64,000 bases of DNA from Candidatus Nomurabacteria bacterium (GCA_023898665.1 CP060233.1:82801-146800); one strand, 5' to 3'; positions 17,505-27,083 are shown, numbered from the stretch's first letter. Numbers and translations: made by a program. The notes: generated by a model not told the origin, from the sequence alone.

Positions 17505-20168
17505 TTATAACTCACCCAAGCTAGTGGCGGTTTTTGCGTCAACCTTGAGCTTAACTCCTAGATCTGGGGCAATCTGTTCCATTTCTTGTTGCATTAGTTT
17601 GGCAACTTTTTGTGCACTACTCTCATCAACCTCTACAACAATGCTGTCGTGGACCTGTAAAACTTGCTCGGCTCCTTTTGGTAATACTTTACTAAGCTTA
17701 ATCATGGCGAGTTTTGTTATATCCGCACTTGTTCCTTGGATTGGCATGTTTAGTGCGGCACGTTCTGCTGCGGCTCGGATATTAAAGTTGACAGATCTGA
17801 TATCTGGAGTTGGTCTTCTTCTGCCGTAAATTGTTTCGACATAGCCCTGCTCTTTTGCTTGCTTTATAAAATTATCGGTAAGTTCAAAAAGCTTTGACCG
17901 TATCTCTTTATACTTAAGTAGGAAGATCCGTGCTTCTCCATCTGTCATTCCAGTTACTTGAGCTAGACCGTGAGCTCCCTGTCCGTAAAGAATACCAAAA
18001 TTAACGGCCTTTGCGTTATAACGCTGCTCTTTTGTAACTTCGCTTTCTGGAATTCCGGCAAGGCTTGCAGCAGTTGCCGTATGGATATCGTGATCTTCGT
18101 TAAAAAGTTTAATTAAGTCTTTGTCATCAGACATAGCTGCCGCAATACGGAGTTCTACCTGAGAATAGTCGGCGGAAATGAGTGTTTTACCTTTTGGTGC
18201 TTCAAAAATTGAGCGGACTTCTCGACCGAGTTCTGTTCTAGCAGGGATATTTTGCATGTTAGGGTCGGCTGAGCTCAAACGCCCAGTTGCAGCGACATTT
18301 AAATTGAACGAGCCATGGACTCTGCCATCTTCTTCTGAAATAAGCTTAGGAATAGGATCGAGATAAGTGCCTTTGAGTTTAGTGATTTGTCTATATTCTT
18401 GGATAAGAGAGATTATGGGGTGAAGTAAAGCCATCTTTTCGAGTTCACCAGCCGCAGTCGATAGGCCGGTCTTCTTCTTTTTGACTCCAGTCGGTGCAAG
18501 ACCTAAATCTTGGAATAAAACTTCGCCGAGCTGTTTTGGGCTAGCAATATTAAATTCTTTGCCAGCAAGTTTATGAATTTTTTTTGTGAGCTCATCAATT
18601 CTTCGTTCAAACTTTTTAGTGATTGTGGTGACTTTTTTTTGATTAACATAAAGCCCGGATCTCTCCATTTGGACTAGAGTTGGGACTACCGCTTGGTCAA
18701 TCTCTTCTTGAACTTCTTTAAGTTTAGGGAGTTTTGAAAGCTGATGAACTTGCCTTTCGTAAAGCTCATTTAGCGCTTGGTTTATTTCTGGAAATACTGT
18801 GTCTAGATCTTCTGGGGGCAAGTCTTCTTGAAGCTTAAGCTTAACCTCTTGAGCTGCTAAATCTGTAAGGGTACTTGCGCGTGAAAGTGAGTTTAAAAGG
18901 AAAGCTACAATTTGCAGATCATGATGAACAGGAAGATTAGCCAGCCCGCCAAACTTAAGTTCAGCAAAAAAATGTAGAAGCTTTTTAGAATCGTAAGTTA
19001 CAACCTTTGTTTTTGAAAGCAAGTCTTCTAATTTATCAAGATCTTTAAAGTCTTGAGGATGAATTATGAAGCCTTCTTTTAGATTTTGAGAAATATAGAG
19101 ACGCTTAGAGTTCTTGCCAAACTTACCTTCTGAAACGCAGTAAAGATAGGTTGGTTGATCTTGTTTAATATCCAAATCATTTAAGTTATTTACACTTTTG
19201 AGTTTAAGAATCGCTTTTTGTGCGACTTTTGAGCTTTCGATAATATTAGCTTCACTTAGGGCTCCACGGTCTCTTAAAAAGCTTGGGAGATTTTTTATAA
19301 GAGTCCTGAATTCTAAGTTCTCCATTGTGGTAAGTAATTTAGAGGCATTGGCCGGGACTCCATGCATGTGTTTAATTTCTTCTTTAAGTTTAAGGGGTGC
19401 ATCGAGCATGATTGTAGCGAGCTCTTTGGACATAAAGGCAGAATTTTTGCCGGATTCCAACTTGGTTTGATACTTTGTCGGAACCTTCCAGAGGTTCTCG
19501 TAGATGTTTTCTAGAGTTTTATACTCGTTTAGAAGCTCGCACGCAGCTTTAGGACCAATGCCAGCAACGCCTGGAATGTTATCTGAGCTATCGCCAGTGA
19601 GAGATTTATAATCTACAAATTGTTCTACTTGGATCCCGTACTTATCTTCGAATGCTTTTTGGTTAAACTTTTGGATGTCTGAAAAACCTTTTTTGATATT
19701 TAAAATCTCAGTGTTCCCATCGTGAATTAACTGGAGCATATCTAGGTCTGAGGTAATAAGTTTAGTCTGCAAGCCAAACTCTTTTGCTTGGTGAGCGAGC
19801 GTGCCAAGGATGTCGTCCGCCTCGTACCCATCAAGCTCATAAAGAGGCCAGCCAAGTACTTTTAGAAAATCTTTTAAAATTGGGACTTGCTCGTAAAAAT
19901 CTGGCGGAGCCGGCTTTCTGTTGGCTTTGTAGTCTGCATAAATCTCTTTTCTTTTTGCGGTATTGGTTTTAGATTTATCCCATGCGACTGCTACAAAATC
20001 TGGCTTAAGTTTAGCAATAATTTCTAATGCTAGAGTAGCAAAGCCATAAACCCCTCCCGTGGAGACTCCATCTCTTGTAGAGAGATTCGGCATTGCGTAA
20101 TAACCACGATAAAAAACTGATTTGCCATCAATGATAGCTAATGTCTTACCTCTTAGATCCTCACTCAT
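17505..20168 (-). CDS. polA: DNA polymerase I
   Basis: 887 aa with a 5'-nuclease N-terminus (LAIIDGKSVFYRGYYA) and polymerase motifs (DYSQVELRIAA, QVHDSIVVEV). Confidence 0.95.
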   Translation of the reverse strand: MSEDLRGKTLAIIDGKSVFYRGYYAMPNLSTRDGVSTGGVYGFATLALEIIAKLKPDFVAVAWDKSKTNTAKRKEIYADYKANRKPAPPDFYEQVPILKDFLKVLGWPLYELDGYEADDILGTLAHQAKEFGLQTKLITSDLDMLQLIHDGNTEILNIKKGFSDIQKFNQKAFEDKYGIQVEQFVDYKSLTGDSSDNIPGVAGIGPKAACELLNEYKTLENIYENLWKVPTKYQTKLESGKNSAFMSKELATIMLDAPLKLKEEIKHMHGVPANASKLLTTMENLEFRTLIKNLPSFLRDRGALSEANIIESSKVAQKAILKLKSVNNLNDLDIKQDQPTYLYCVSEGKFGKNSKRLYISQNLKEGFIIHPQDFKDLDKLEDLLSKTKVVTYDSKKLLHFFAELKFGGLANLPVHHDLQIVAFLLNSLSRASTLTDLAAQEVKLKLQEDLPPEDLDTVFPEINQALNELYERQVHQLSKLPKLKEVQEEIDQAVVPTLVQMERSGLYVNQKKVTTITKKFERRIDELTKKIHKLAGKEFNIASPKQLGEVLFQDLGLAPTGVKKKKTGLSTAAGELEKMALLHPIISLIQEYRQITKLKGTYLDPIPKLISEEDGRVHGSFNLNVAATGRLSSADPNMQNIPARTELGREVRSIFEAPKGKTLISADYSQVELRIAAAMSDDKDLIKLFNEDHDIHTATAASLAGIPESEVTKEQRYNAKAVNFGILYGQGAHGLAQVTGMTDGEARIFLLKYKEIRSKLFELTDNFIKQAKEQGYVETIYGRRRPTPDIRSVNFNIRAAAERAALNMPIQGTSADITKLAMIKLSKVLPKGAEQVLQVHDSIVVEVDESSAQKVAKLMQQEMEQIAPDLGVKLKVDAKTATSLGEL

Positions 20169-20212
20169 ACAGTTTTAAGTTTAACAGAGAAACCTGCTAA
20201 GCTTAAATATTA

Positions 20213-20986
20213 ATGATTACTCTACTTGTTTCTTCTAAGACGATGCTTAAGAAAAATGTTGATTTTAAGCTCAATGGAACGAGCCCTCTTTTTGAAGCAG
20301 AAGCTAAAGCACTTAATGCTAAATTAATTAAGCTTAGTGTTAAAGACTTACAGAAGTTAATGCATATCTCTGAGAATTTAGCTAAAGAAACTAAGCTTAA
20401 GATTGATAATTGGAAAGATGCGGAAGCGTGGCCAGCCTGGCTCTATTTTAGCGGAGATGTTTATAAGGGCTTAGTTGCAGAAAGCTTAGACCAAGAAGAT
20501 TTTTTTTGGGCACAAGAAAAAGTCTGGACTCTATCCGGACTTTACGGCATCGCAAGACCGCTAGACTTAATTAAGCCTTATAGATTGGAGGCCGGATTTA
20601 AGCTTAGCGTCGCTAAAAGTAAGAACTTGTATGACTTTTGGGAAGATAAAATATCAGCTCAGATTAATGACAAATTTGTGATTAATCTTTCTTCAGAAGA
20701 ATATATAAAATTGATTAGAAAAAGTTTTAGGGGCAAAATAATTACTCCCCTATTTTTACAAGATAGAAAAAAAGGTGATAAATCAGAAGTTAAGTTTGAG
20801 GCAGTTCATGCTAAAGTTGCCAGAGGAATGATGGCTCGATGGATTATTAAAAATAGAATCGACGACCCAGAATTATTAAAAAACTTTAATGAGGATAACT
20901 ATGTCTATTCGGACAAGAAAAGCACAGAGCTTGAACCAGTTTTTATAAGAAGAGCTGAGGGCGTGATGAAGATTAAAAAAGACTAA
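20213..20986 (+). CDS. yaaA: YaaA-family peroxide stress protein (UPF0246/DUF328)
   Basis: 257 aa. LSGLYGIARPLDLIKPYRLEAGFKL, VINLSSEEY and HAKVARGMMARWII match the E. coli YaaA pattern. Confidence 0.85.
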   Translation: MITLLVSSKTMLKKNVDFKLNGTSPLFEAEAKALNAKLIKLSVKDLQKLMHISENLAKETKLKIDNWKDAEAWPAWLYFSGDVYKGLVAESLDQEDFFWAQEKVWTLSGLYGIARPLDLIKPYRLEAGFKLSVAKSKNLYDFWEDKISAQINDKFVINLSSEEYIKLIRKSFRGKIITPLFLQDRKKGDKSEVKFEAVHAKVARGMMARWIIKNRIDDPELLKNFNEDNYVYSDKKSTELEPVFIRRAEGVMKIKKD

Positions 20987-22457
20987 AGCTTTGCTTCTGG
21001 TCTTTTACCAAGGGCGGCGTAGGCGGCAAGCTTTCCTGAGACAATCGCAAAGCCTACACTTGATCCCGGATTAGTATCTTGTCCAGCATAAAATAAATTT
21101 GAGAGTTTTTTAGATTTTAAACGAGGTCTTTTTGGAAGATTTGATCTTTGTATTGGGCGAGTCCAGCAATTGAGCCTCCAGGTGCATAAAACATACTCTT
21201 GAAGTAACTTGAAGAAATGATATGCTCCGTTACAATTGCTCCTTGGATGTTGACTCCAGTAGCCACTGAGATTTTTTCGTAAGCTTGAGAAATTAATCTC
21301 TTTATAGCAGCCTCTTCGTCTGATAAACCAGCAGGAATTGGAATAGTAACTGTTAGAACCTCTCCCCCATTTGGCGCCAAGTTTGGCTCAGTGAATGTTG
21401 GACATGTCACACTAAATGTGCCAATTTGGCTTGGCCAGGCTCTTATATTTAAGTCTGAGCTACTTGGATTAGTAAAAGTATTGTGATGCAACAAATTTGG
21501 TACTTTTTGATTTAAGCCCAAAGAGACAACGATCGCCGACGGAGAATATTGTTTAGATTTCCAAAAATCAAGGCTATAAGATTGGTAGATCGGCTCGAGC
21601 ATGCTTTCTGAATTTAAGTAGTCAGAGGCTGAAATGACCACATCGGCCGGGATTCGTTCTCCTAAATCTTTTATGACCACAGCCGAAGCAACCCCGTATT
21701 GGACTTCTACTTTCTCGACCTCATAACCTTCGTAGATTTCAACTCCAAGTTTTTGGGCCAGACTTCTAAAGCCTGATACAACTGAGCTGAAGCCCCCTTC
21801 TGGGTACCAAACTCCTTGGTCAAAAACTGTGTATGGCAAGAATGAGTATGCGGCAGGAGTTCTATTGGCTGTGCCTCCGAGAAAGTGGCTAAAGCTATCG
21901 GCCATAGCCTTGCCGTCACGAGACTTTATAAACTCGGCATTTCTAGAAGCTATAGTGCCTTTTGGTAGTTTAAAGATTGTGGAAGATACTTTTGGTTTTA
22001 GCTTTGACAACTTGCTAAGCCAGTCTTCTTGCATAAGACCAAGCTTAAACCTAGAATAGACTACTTTTGATCTGTTTAACAGTCTTTTGAACCCGATTCC
22101 ATCACCATGGTTGAACGAGTCAAGCTGATCAGCCATATGCTCCGGCTCTAGGGCATCAAAATATTCACCTTCTGGAGTAAAGGTTCTAAAGGCAGGACTT
22201 AAGCGAATTAGTTTATAATGATCTTCCGGGCTAGTCCCAAAATCTTGGAAGAAGTCTTCGTATAGGTCTGGCATGATGTACCAATTTGGACCGAGATCAA
22301 ATTTGAAACCGGCATCTTGGGCGGCCTGTGCCCTGCCTCCTATTTTTTTATTTTTTTCTAAAAGAACAACACGATATCCGGCACGCGCCATGTAGCACGC
22401 TGCCGAAAGTCCGGCAAAACCCCCTCCAATTATAACCGCTTGTTTAGATCGTGCCAT
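20983..22457 (-). pseudogene. CrtI/phytoene-desaturase-family FAD-dependent oxidoreductase, interrupted by one frameshift
   Basis: ORF 21117..22457 has the FAD-binding motif VIIGGGFAGLSAA. The family's C-terminal motif (RPRLKSKKLSNLFYAGQDTNPGSSVGFAIVSGKLAAYAAL) lies in another frame at 20983..21128. Adding one base to the T5 run at 21129..21133 joins them. Confidence 0.7.
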
Positions 22458-22573
22458 TAAATCAGCTTCCCACCAAATAGATTCTTATATGCTTAAGCTT
22501 AACTATATCATTAGTTTTCGCTTAACTTCGCTTATTTTAGTTTTATTCTTATACCGGACAAGTCGCTTAGGCC

Positions 22574-22619
22574 ATAAATAAAATCCGGCATAGTTCTTAG
22601 ATTCAAGAACGAAGCCGGA
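22574..22619 (-). terminator. Rho-independent terminator downstream of tRNA-Leu(UAG)
   Basis: Minus strand reads ATCCGGC-ttc-GTTCTT-gaatct-AAGAAC-tat-GCCGGAT followed by TTTTATTTAT. Confidence 0.55.
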
Positions 22620-22704
22620 TGGTGGGCGAGAGAGGACTTGAACCTCCACACCTTGCGGTACATGCTCCTAAGGCATGCGTGTCTACCAATTCCACCACTC
22701 GCCC
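22620..22704 (-). tRNA. tRNA-Leu (anticodon UAG), long variable arm
   Basis: Reverse complement folds as GGGCGAG TG GTGG AATTGGTAGA CACG CATGC CTTAGGA GCATG ... GGAGG TTCAAGT CCTCT CTCGCCC ACCA. Confidence 0.88.
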
Positions 22705-22816
22705 ATTTTGTTAAGTTCTATATGATTTGGTCAAACAAAACTAATGTATCTATTTTATCAAAATAAGGCCTTAAATTGAACCACCGGGGTGATATATGGT
22801 AAAATAGGCTATTAAT

Positions 22817-22891
22817 GGTCCCGTCGTCTAACGGTTAGGACACCAGGTTTTCATCCTGGCAACCGGGGTTCGATTCCCCGCGGGATCACCA
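22817..22891 (+). tRNA. tRNA-Glu (anticodon UUC)
   Basis: GGTCCCG ... CCAGG TTTTCAT CCTGG ... GGGGTTCGATTCCCC ... CGGGATC ACCA. Confidence 0.88.
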
Positions 22892-23084
22892 GTCTTTGCA
22901 TAAAGCTTCGACCGGCAAAAAGCTAAATCCGATTTTGGACTAGGCAAAGAAATCCTTAACTATTGTTAAGGTTAGCACCCCTCAATCTTATAGTTAGAGT
23001 GCTTCTAGGAATAGAAGGGTGTGAGATTCTCTCTCAAAAGATAGGATGTTTGTGTAAAATGAGAGAAGGAGTTTAACAATTTGT

Positions 23085-23161
23085 GGGTGATTAGCTCAGC
23101 TGGCTAGAGCACCTCGTTTACACCGAGGGGGTCGGGGGTTCGAGTCCCTCATCACCCACCA
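23085..23161 (+). tRNA. tRNA-Val (anticodon UAC)
   Basis: GGGTGAT TA GCTC AGCTGGCTA GAGC A CCTCG TTTACAC CGAGG GGGTC GGGGG TTCGAGT CCCTC ATCACCC ACCA. Confidence 0.9.
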
Positions 23162-23172
23162 CCTTAGACATT

Positions 23173-23667
23173 ATGGAACCAGTTAAAAAAAAGAAGGCTA
23201 AGTCCGAAAAAAATTCTTCCAACAACGGAGGAGTGTCAGAACTTGAACTTAAGATAAACGAACTTACCGAGGCTCTTCAAAGGGAGCGAGCTGATGCTCA
23301 GAATCTTATTAGGAGAGCTGAGGAAGAGAAGATTAAGCTTAGTGGATTTTACAAGGCGCAGGTTATTAAAGAATTATTGCCAGTTCTCGATGCAGCTGAA
23401 AAAGCTTTAGAATTATCTTCCAAAGAGAAGTTAGATAAAACCTCTGAGGGAATGTCGGCAGTCTTAGTTAAGCTTAAGAAGACTCTTGAGAATTTAGGTC
23501 TAGAAAGAATAGAAGCTGAAGGTAAAAAGTTTGACGAGAACCTTCATGATGCGATTTCTATCGATGAGAGCAATGGCGAAAGAGATGTTGTGACTAAGGA
23601 TATGCAAGCCGGATATAGGCTTGGGGATGAGATATTGCGCCACAGTATGGTCGTTGTTAGAAGATAA
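23173..23667 (+). CDS. grpE: Nucleotide exchange factor GrpE
   Basis: 164 aa. An N-terminal coiled coil (LTEALQRERADAQNLIRRAEEEK) and a C-terminal beta domain (FDENLHDAIS...GYRLGDEILRHSMVVV) are typical of GrpE. Confidence 0.85.
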   Translation: MEPVKKKKAKSEKNSSNNGGVSELELKINELTEALQRERADAQNLIRRAEEEKIKLSGFYKAQVIKELLPVLDAAEKALELSSKEKLDKTSEGMSAVLVKLKKTLENLGLERIEAEGKKFDENLHDAISIDESNGERDVVTKDMQAGYRLGDEILRHSMVVVRR

Positions 23668-23689
23668 CAGCGTTATAATAGAAGGTATT

Positions 23690-23766
23690 GGGGTATTAGC
23701 TCAGTTGGTTAGAGCGCTTCGCTGGCAGTGAAGAGGTCAACGGTTCGAATCCGTTATACTCCACCA
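23690..23766 (+). tRNA. tRNA-Ala (anticodon GGC)
   Basis: GGGGTAT TA GCTC AGTTGGTTA GAGC G CTTCG CTGGCAG TGAAG AGGTC AACGG TTCGAAT CCGTT ATACTCC ACCA. The G3:U70 Ala identity pair is present. Confidence 0.9.
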
Positions 23767-23783
23767 AGAAATCATTTAATTGA

Positions 23784-24626
23784 TTAATTTATATCTACGT
23801 CCGCGAACTCTCCTGGGATATCGAAAAGGCCGAGCATTTGGTCGTTTACTTGTCTTCCATAGAGAGCTTCGCAGACCATTTCAGCAAAAGCGATGTCATA
23901 GACACCAGCCCGTTTATTCTTTTCATAGCTATCGAATAGTCCGGCTTCTCGGTCTCTGTCCGCGCGTTCCTTGAGTGATGGCATGTGTGCTTCGTACATA
24001 AAATCATGAAACTCGGATGGTAACGTTCCACTTGCGCTAGCTAAAAGCACAGGTGCATCTTCTTTAACCCCTAGTAACCCTTCTGGATTGAATGCTATTG
24101 AGCCAATATGAGGGTGTGTGCCCTTGCGACCTATTCTGTTTAGCCTGTTTGCTACATACCTGTAACCTTCTCCAGAATGCACTTGATTATGACCCTTAAT
24201 GTCTCTTGCTATAGCAAGCCAAGCTAATTTATCTAAAATATAAGGGAGTGCGGGACCATATCGCTCTTCGACCTCACCCGGCCTGTTGACATAATGGACG
24301 ACTTCGCCGTTAGCAGTTGTTGTGAGACATGAGCCAGTGCCTAACCACGCCCTATGAGAAGGTGAGTGCATAGATGCTAGACTCCCACCGGCCGACTTTC
24401 TTACTACATCAAAAGTTTTATCTGCCTCAAAACAATCTAAACCATATTTACCTGAGTTATAAATTGCGAGTTCTCTGATAAAATTGTCCTCAAATCTATC
24501 AGTTTGAGCAATTTTATCAGCTTTTTCTCGAAGCTCTTTAACTGCCTCCCAACGAGTATCTGAATTACCTTCAAATACTCTTGGAAGATCTTCTAAAATT
24601 AAGCTTTCTGTCCTATTTTTTGCCAT
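23784..24626 (-). CDS. Hypothetical protein (280 aa)
   Basis: Intact ORF immediately downstream (1-nt gap) of the frameshifted gene 24628..25192. No family recognised. Confidence 0.6.
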   Translation of the reverse strand: MAKNRTESLILEDLPRVFEGNSDTRWEAVKELREKADKIAQTDRFEDNFIRELAIYNSGKYGLDCFEADKTFDVVRKSAGGSLASMHSPSHRAWLGTGSCLTTTANGEVVHYVNRPGEVEERYGPALPYILDKLAWLAIARDIKGHNQVHSGEGYRYVANRLNRIGRKGTHPHIGSIAFNPEGLLGVKEDAPVLLASASGTLPSEFHDFMYEAHMPSLKERADRDREAGLFDSYEKNKRAGVYDIAFAEMVCEALYGRQVNDQMLGLFDIPGEFADVDIN

Positions 24627-24627
24627 A

Positions 24628-25192
24628 CTAATTTAAACTTCCTCCTTTAAAAATTACTTGCATCATAGAGGATGATGGCTTCTCAACGAATTTTGGATCG
24701 ACTACTGCTTGGTCACAAAAGCCAGAGAGCCTAAATACTTCAATCTCCTCGTTTCTTATATGATCTCCGATAGGCCAGGGAGCATTGATAGTGTCAGCGG
24801 TAACCCTTCCTGGCATAAATCCAGTTGCCCCCAGGAGGAAACCCGAACACCCCAATAGCTCGTCCACCTTCGAGAGCAATGCCACCAAGATAACCTTGCA
24901 TTGGCGCAATAACATCACTAGCCACCAAGTTCCTTAGCCATTCAAGAGATGTATTTGCTATATGTGCCAGATACTCATCGTGCCTGATTCTTCTGAGTTG
25001 CGCAGTTGTCGATGATGGCATCTCCAGGTATATTGAGTTGATAAAATTCCTTTTTAATATTTCAGATACATTATCTTGATTAGCAACTTCAAGTATTTCG
25101 CCCTTTGCTTCTTCCAGAGCATCGACTGGATTATCTCCTGCAGATCTTATACGGGCGTGTTGGTCTAAAATTGTTTTTTCTAAATTATTCAT
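24628..25192 (-). pseudogene. Frameshifted hypothetical gene (~188 aa when joined)
   Basis: ORFs 24794..25240 (likely start MNNLEKTIL at 25192) and 24628..24918 overlap in different frames. A one-base change in the C5 run at 24828..24832 joins ...GRAIGVFGFPPGG to ATGFMPGRVTADTINAPWPIGDHIRNEEIEVF.... Confidence 0.45.
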
Positions 25193-25270
25193 ACTAAAGA
25201 AACTTGTATATTTTGTTGTTGTGGTTGTATATTGTTGCATTTTATTGTTATATATGCTAAACTGTTCACT
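25193..25270. promoter_or_regulatory. Divergent promoter/operator region with a 9-bp direct repeat
   Basis: TTGTATATT occurs at 25204..25212 and 25225..25233 (21-bp spacing). The region lies between the TrmB-like regulator gene and the oppositely oriented hypothetical operon. Confidence 0.4.
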
Positions 25271-26071
25271 ATGTTGAACAACAAAGACGATATCCTAAAA
25301 TACCTAACAGCTTACGGTCTAACTTCTGACGAAGCGAAGGTTTATATCGCTCTTTTAGAAAAACCTTTGAGTCATTTAGAGGTTGCTAGAAAAACGGGAG
25401 TTAATAGGACAAAAGTTTATCGTATTGCTGATGATCTAGAAAAACTTAGTTTAGTGAAGCAGGAGCAACTTGATAGTGGCAAACTACTTTGCGCTTCTGA
25501 GCCTAAAAATCTGGAAGTGAGCTTAGTTAATAAAGAGGAAGAGGTCAAATCAAAAAAGATTATCTTAAATGAACTATTGCCCACTCTCTCTCAAATGTTT
25601 GACTCACAGGAAAACGATGCCAGGTTTAGTGTTAGCACTTATGAAGGTGTGGCCGGAATGAAACAGATGCTATGGAATGAGCTAAAAACAAAAGGAGAAA
25701 TCTTGGTTTTTGGTAGTGGTGTCTTAGAAGATTTAGTGGGCTCTAAAAGGTGGGCTGAAGCACATAGGCAAAGGACTTTAGATGTAGACTACACAATTCG
25801 TGAACTAAACAACCATGGTAAAAAACCGATAAACTTTACAAAGAATAGTAACTTTTATAAAAATTTTAATAGAAGGTTTATCGGCGAAGATGTCTTAGGT
25901 CTAGAACAACAAATTGTAGTCTATAACGACACAGTTGGCTTCTATCACTGGAGAGATGATCAAAAGGTCGGAGCCGAGATACATAACAAAGCCTTTGCCA
26001 ACACTATGCGGCAGATGTTTGAGATGTACTGGAGTCTCGCTGAGCCTCTAGAGGTCGAAAAGCAACAATAA
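25271..26071 (+). CDS. TrmB-family HTH transcriptional regulator
   Basis: N-terminal winged helix LTAYGLTSDEAKVYIALLEKPLSHLEVARKTGVNRTKVYRIADDLEKLSLV. ATG 25271 is preferred over the ORF-track alternative start at 25232. Confidence 0.7.
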   Translation: MLNNKDDILKYLTAYGLTSDEAKVYIALLEKPLSHLEVARKTGVNRTKVYRIADDLEKLSLVKQEQLDSGKLLCASEPKNLEVSLVNKEEEVKSKKIILNELLPTLSQMFDSQENDARFSVSTYEGVAGMKQMLWNELKTKGEILVFGSGVLEDLVGSKRWAEAHRQRTLDVDYTIRELNNHGKKPINFTKNSNFYKNFNRRFIGEDVLGLEQQIVVYNDTVGFYHWRDDQKVGAEIHNKAFANTMRQMFEMYWSLAEPLEVEKQQ

Positions 26072-26906
26072 AGCCTTGTTTGTCTCCGGGCTCAACTATA
26101 AAGTCTGGTGTGAAGCAAGCTTTATATTCTTTTTGTTTATCATCTTTAGACTTAAGCTTGGTAGTAAAAACGTAGCTTTCTTGTATTTTTAATTGATTAG
26201 AAAGTTTCTTATCATTAATCTCTAGGGTTTTTATTAAACTATTCCCAATTAAGTCTTCTTTTTTGTAGCCAAAATCAGACTTGCCACTAACCTCTAAGAT
26301 TGTTCCTTCATCATCGATAATGAAGTCCCAGTTCTCCCTACGTTTTCTGTCTTTTTGAGCTATTTTAGAGAGTACTTTTTGCTCTTGAGAGTCTGCCGCC
26401 TCTTTTCCAGCCTCGGCTAAAACAATATATATGTCTTTACCCCCAAGATGAGCTGGTCTAATTAATACTGAGAAGATCTTTTCTTCATCCTCTTTTGTTA
26501 GAAGAGGGACAATTAGGGAGCTATAGGGATTGTTTGTATGTTTGTTTTCGGCAATACTCTCGATCCAAAATAGAGCAGTTAAGTGCAATTTAGGGTTTAA
26601 GAAATCAAGAAAGCTTTTACCAGTCACCTCCTCTTGTGCATAGCCCAGCGCATCAAATAGTCCTTGACTGACAGTAAGAATTGTTCCTTCTTGAGACATC
26701 GTAGTCATAAAGCTGGGATTATCTGCAGTATAAGCATTAAACTGCTGGAGATAAACCATACGTTTACAGCGACTACACTTAACCTCTATTAAGCCTGCAA
26801 GGAAGGCTCCTTTAAATAAAAGTTTGCCACATTCGCAACGCCATTCGTTGGATTCTCTTTTTGGTTGACGGTTATTCTTTGTTAGTTCAGGATTAGAGTC
26901 TGTCAT
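26004..26906 (-). CDS. Com-type zinc-ribbon domain fused to two PAS-like domains
   Basis: 300 aa. WRCECGKLLFKGAFLAGLIEVKCSRCKRMVYLQ closely follows the phage Mu Com zinc-finger pattern (RCxxCxKLLFKA...IEIxCxRCKR). It is followed by two PAS-like repeats (TILTVSQGLFDALGYAQEEVTGKSFLDFL; TILEVSGKSDFGYKKEDLIGNSLIKTL). Confidence 0.6.
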   Translation of the reverse strand: MTDSNPELTKNNRQPKRESNEWRCECGKLLFKGAFLAGLIEVKCSRCKRMVYLQQFNAYTADNPSFMTTMSQEGTILTVSQGLFDALGYAQEEVTGKSFLDFLNPKLHLTALFWIESIAENKHTNNPYSSLIVPLLTKEDEEKIFSVLIRPAHLGGKDIYIVLAEAGKEAADSQEQKVLSKIAQKDRKRRENWDFIIDDEGTILEVSGKSDFGYKKEDLIGNSLIKTLEINDKKLSNQLKIQESYVFTTKLKSKDDKQKEYKACFTPDFIVEPGDKQGFIVAFRPLEAQRDSSTSQTSAA

Positions 26907-27083
26907 GGTGTATTTTCTATTGGTTGATTTCTGAAAAACTAGCCAAAGAGAGATCCCGCTCTTTCGTGAAATTACTTTAAGAGTAAGGACAGAAAGTATA
27001 TGCGGGACTTCTTTTTAGAATCTTTTAGAGTCTCTTTTTGGTTAAAGCACATTGTAGCTGGATGTGATAATTATTACAAGCTA

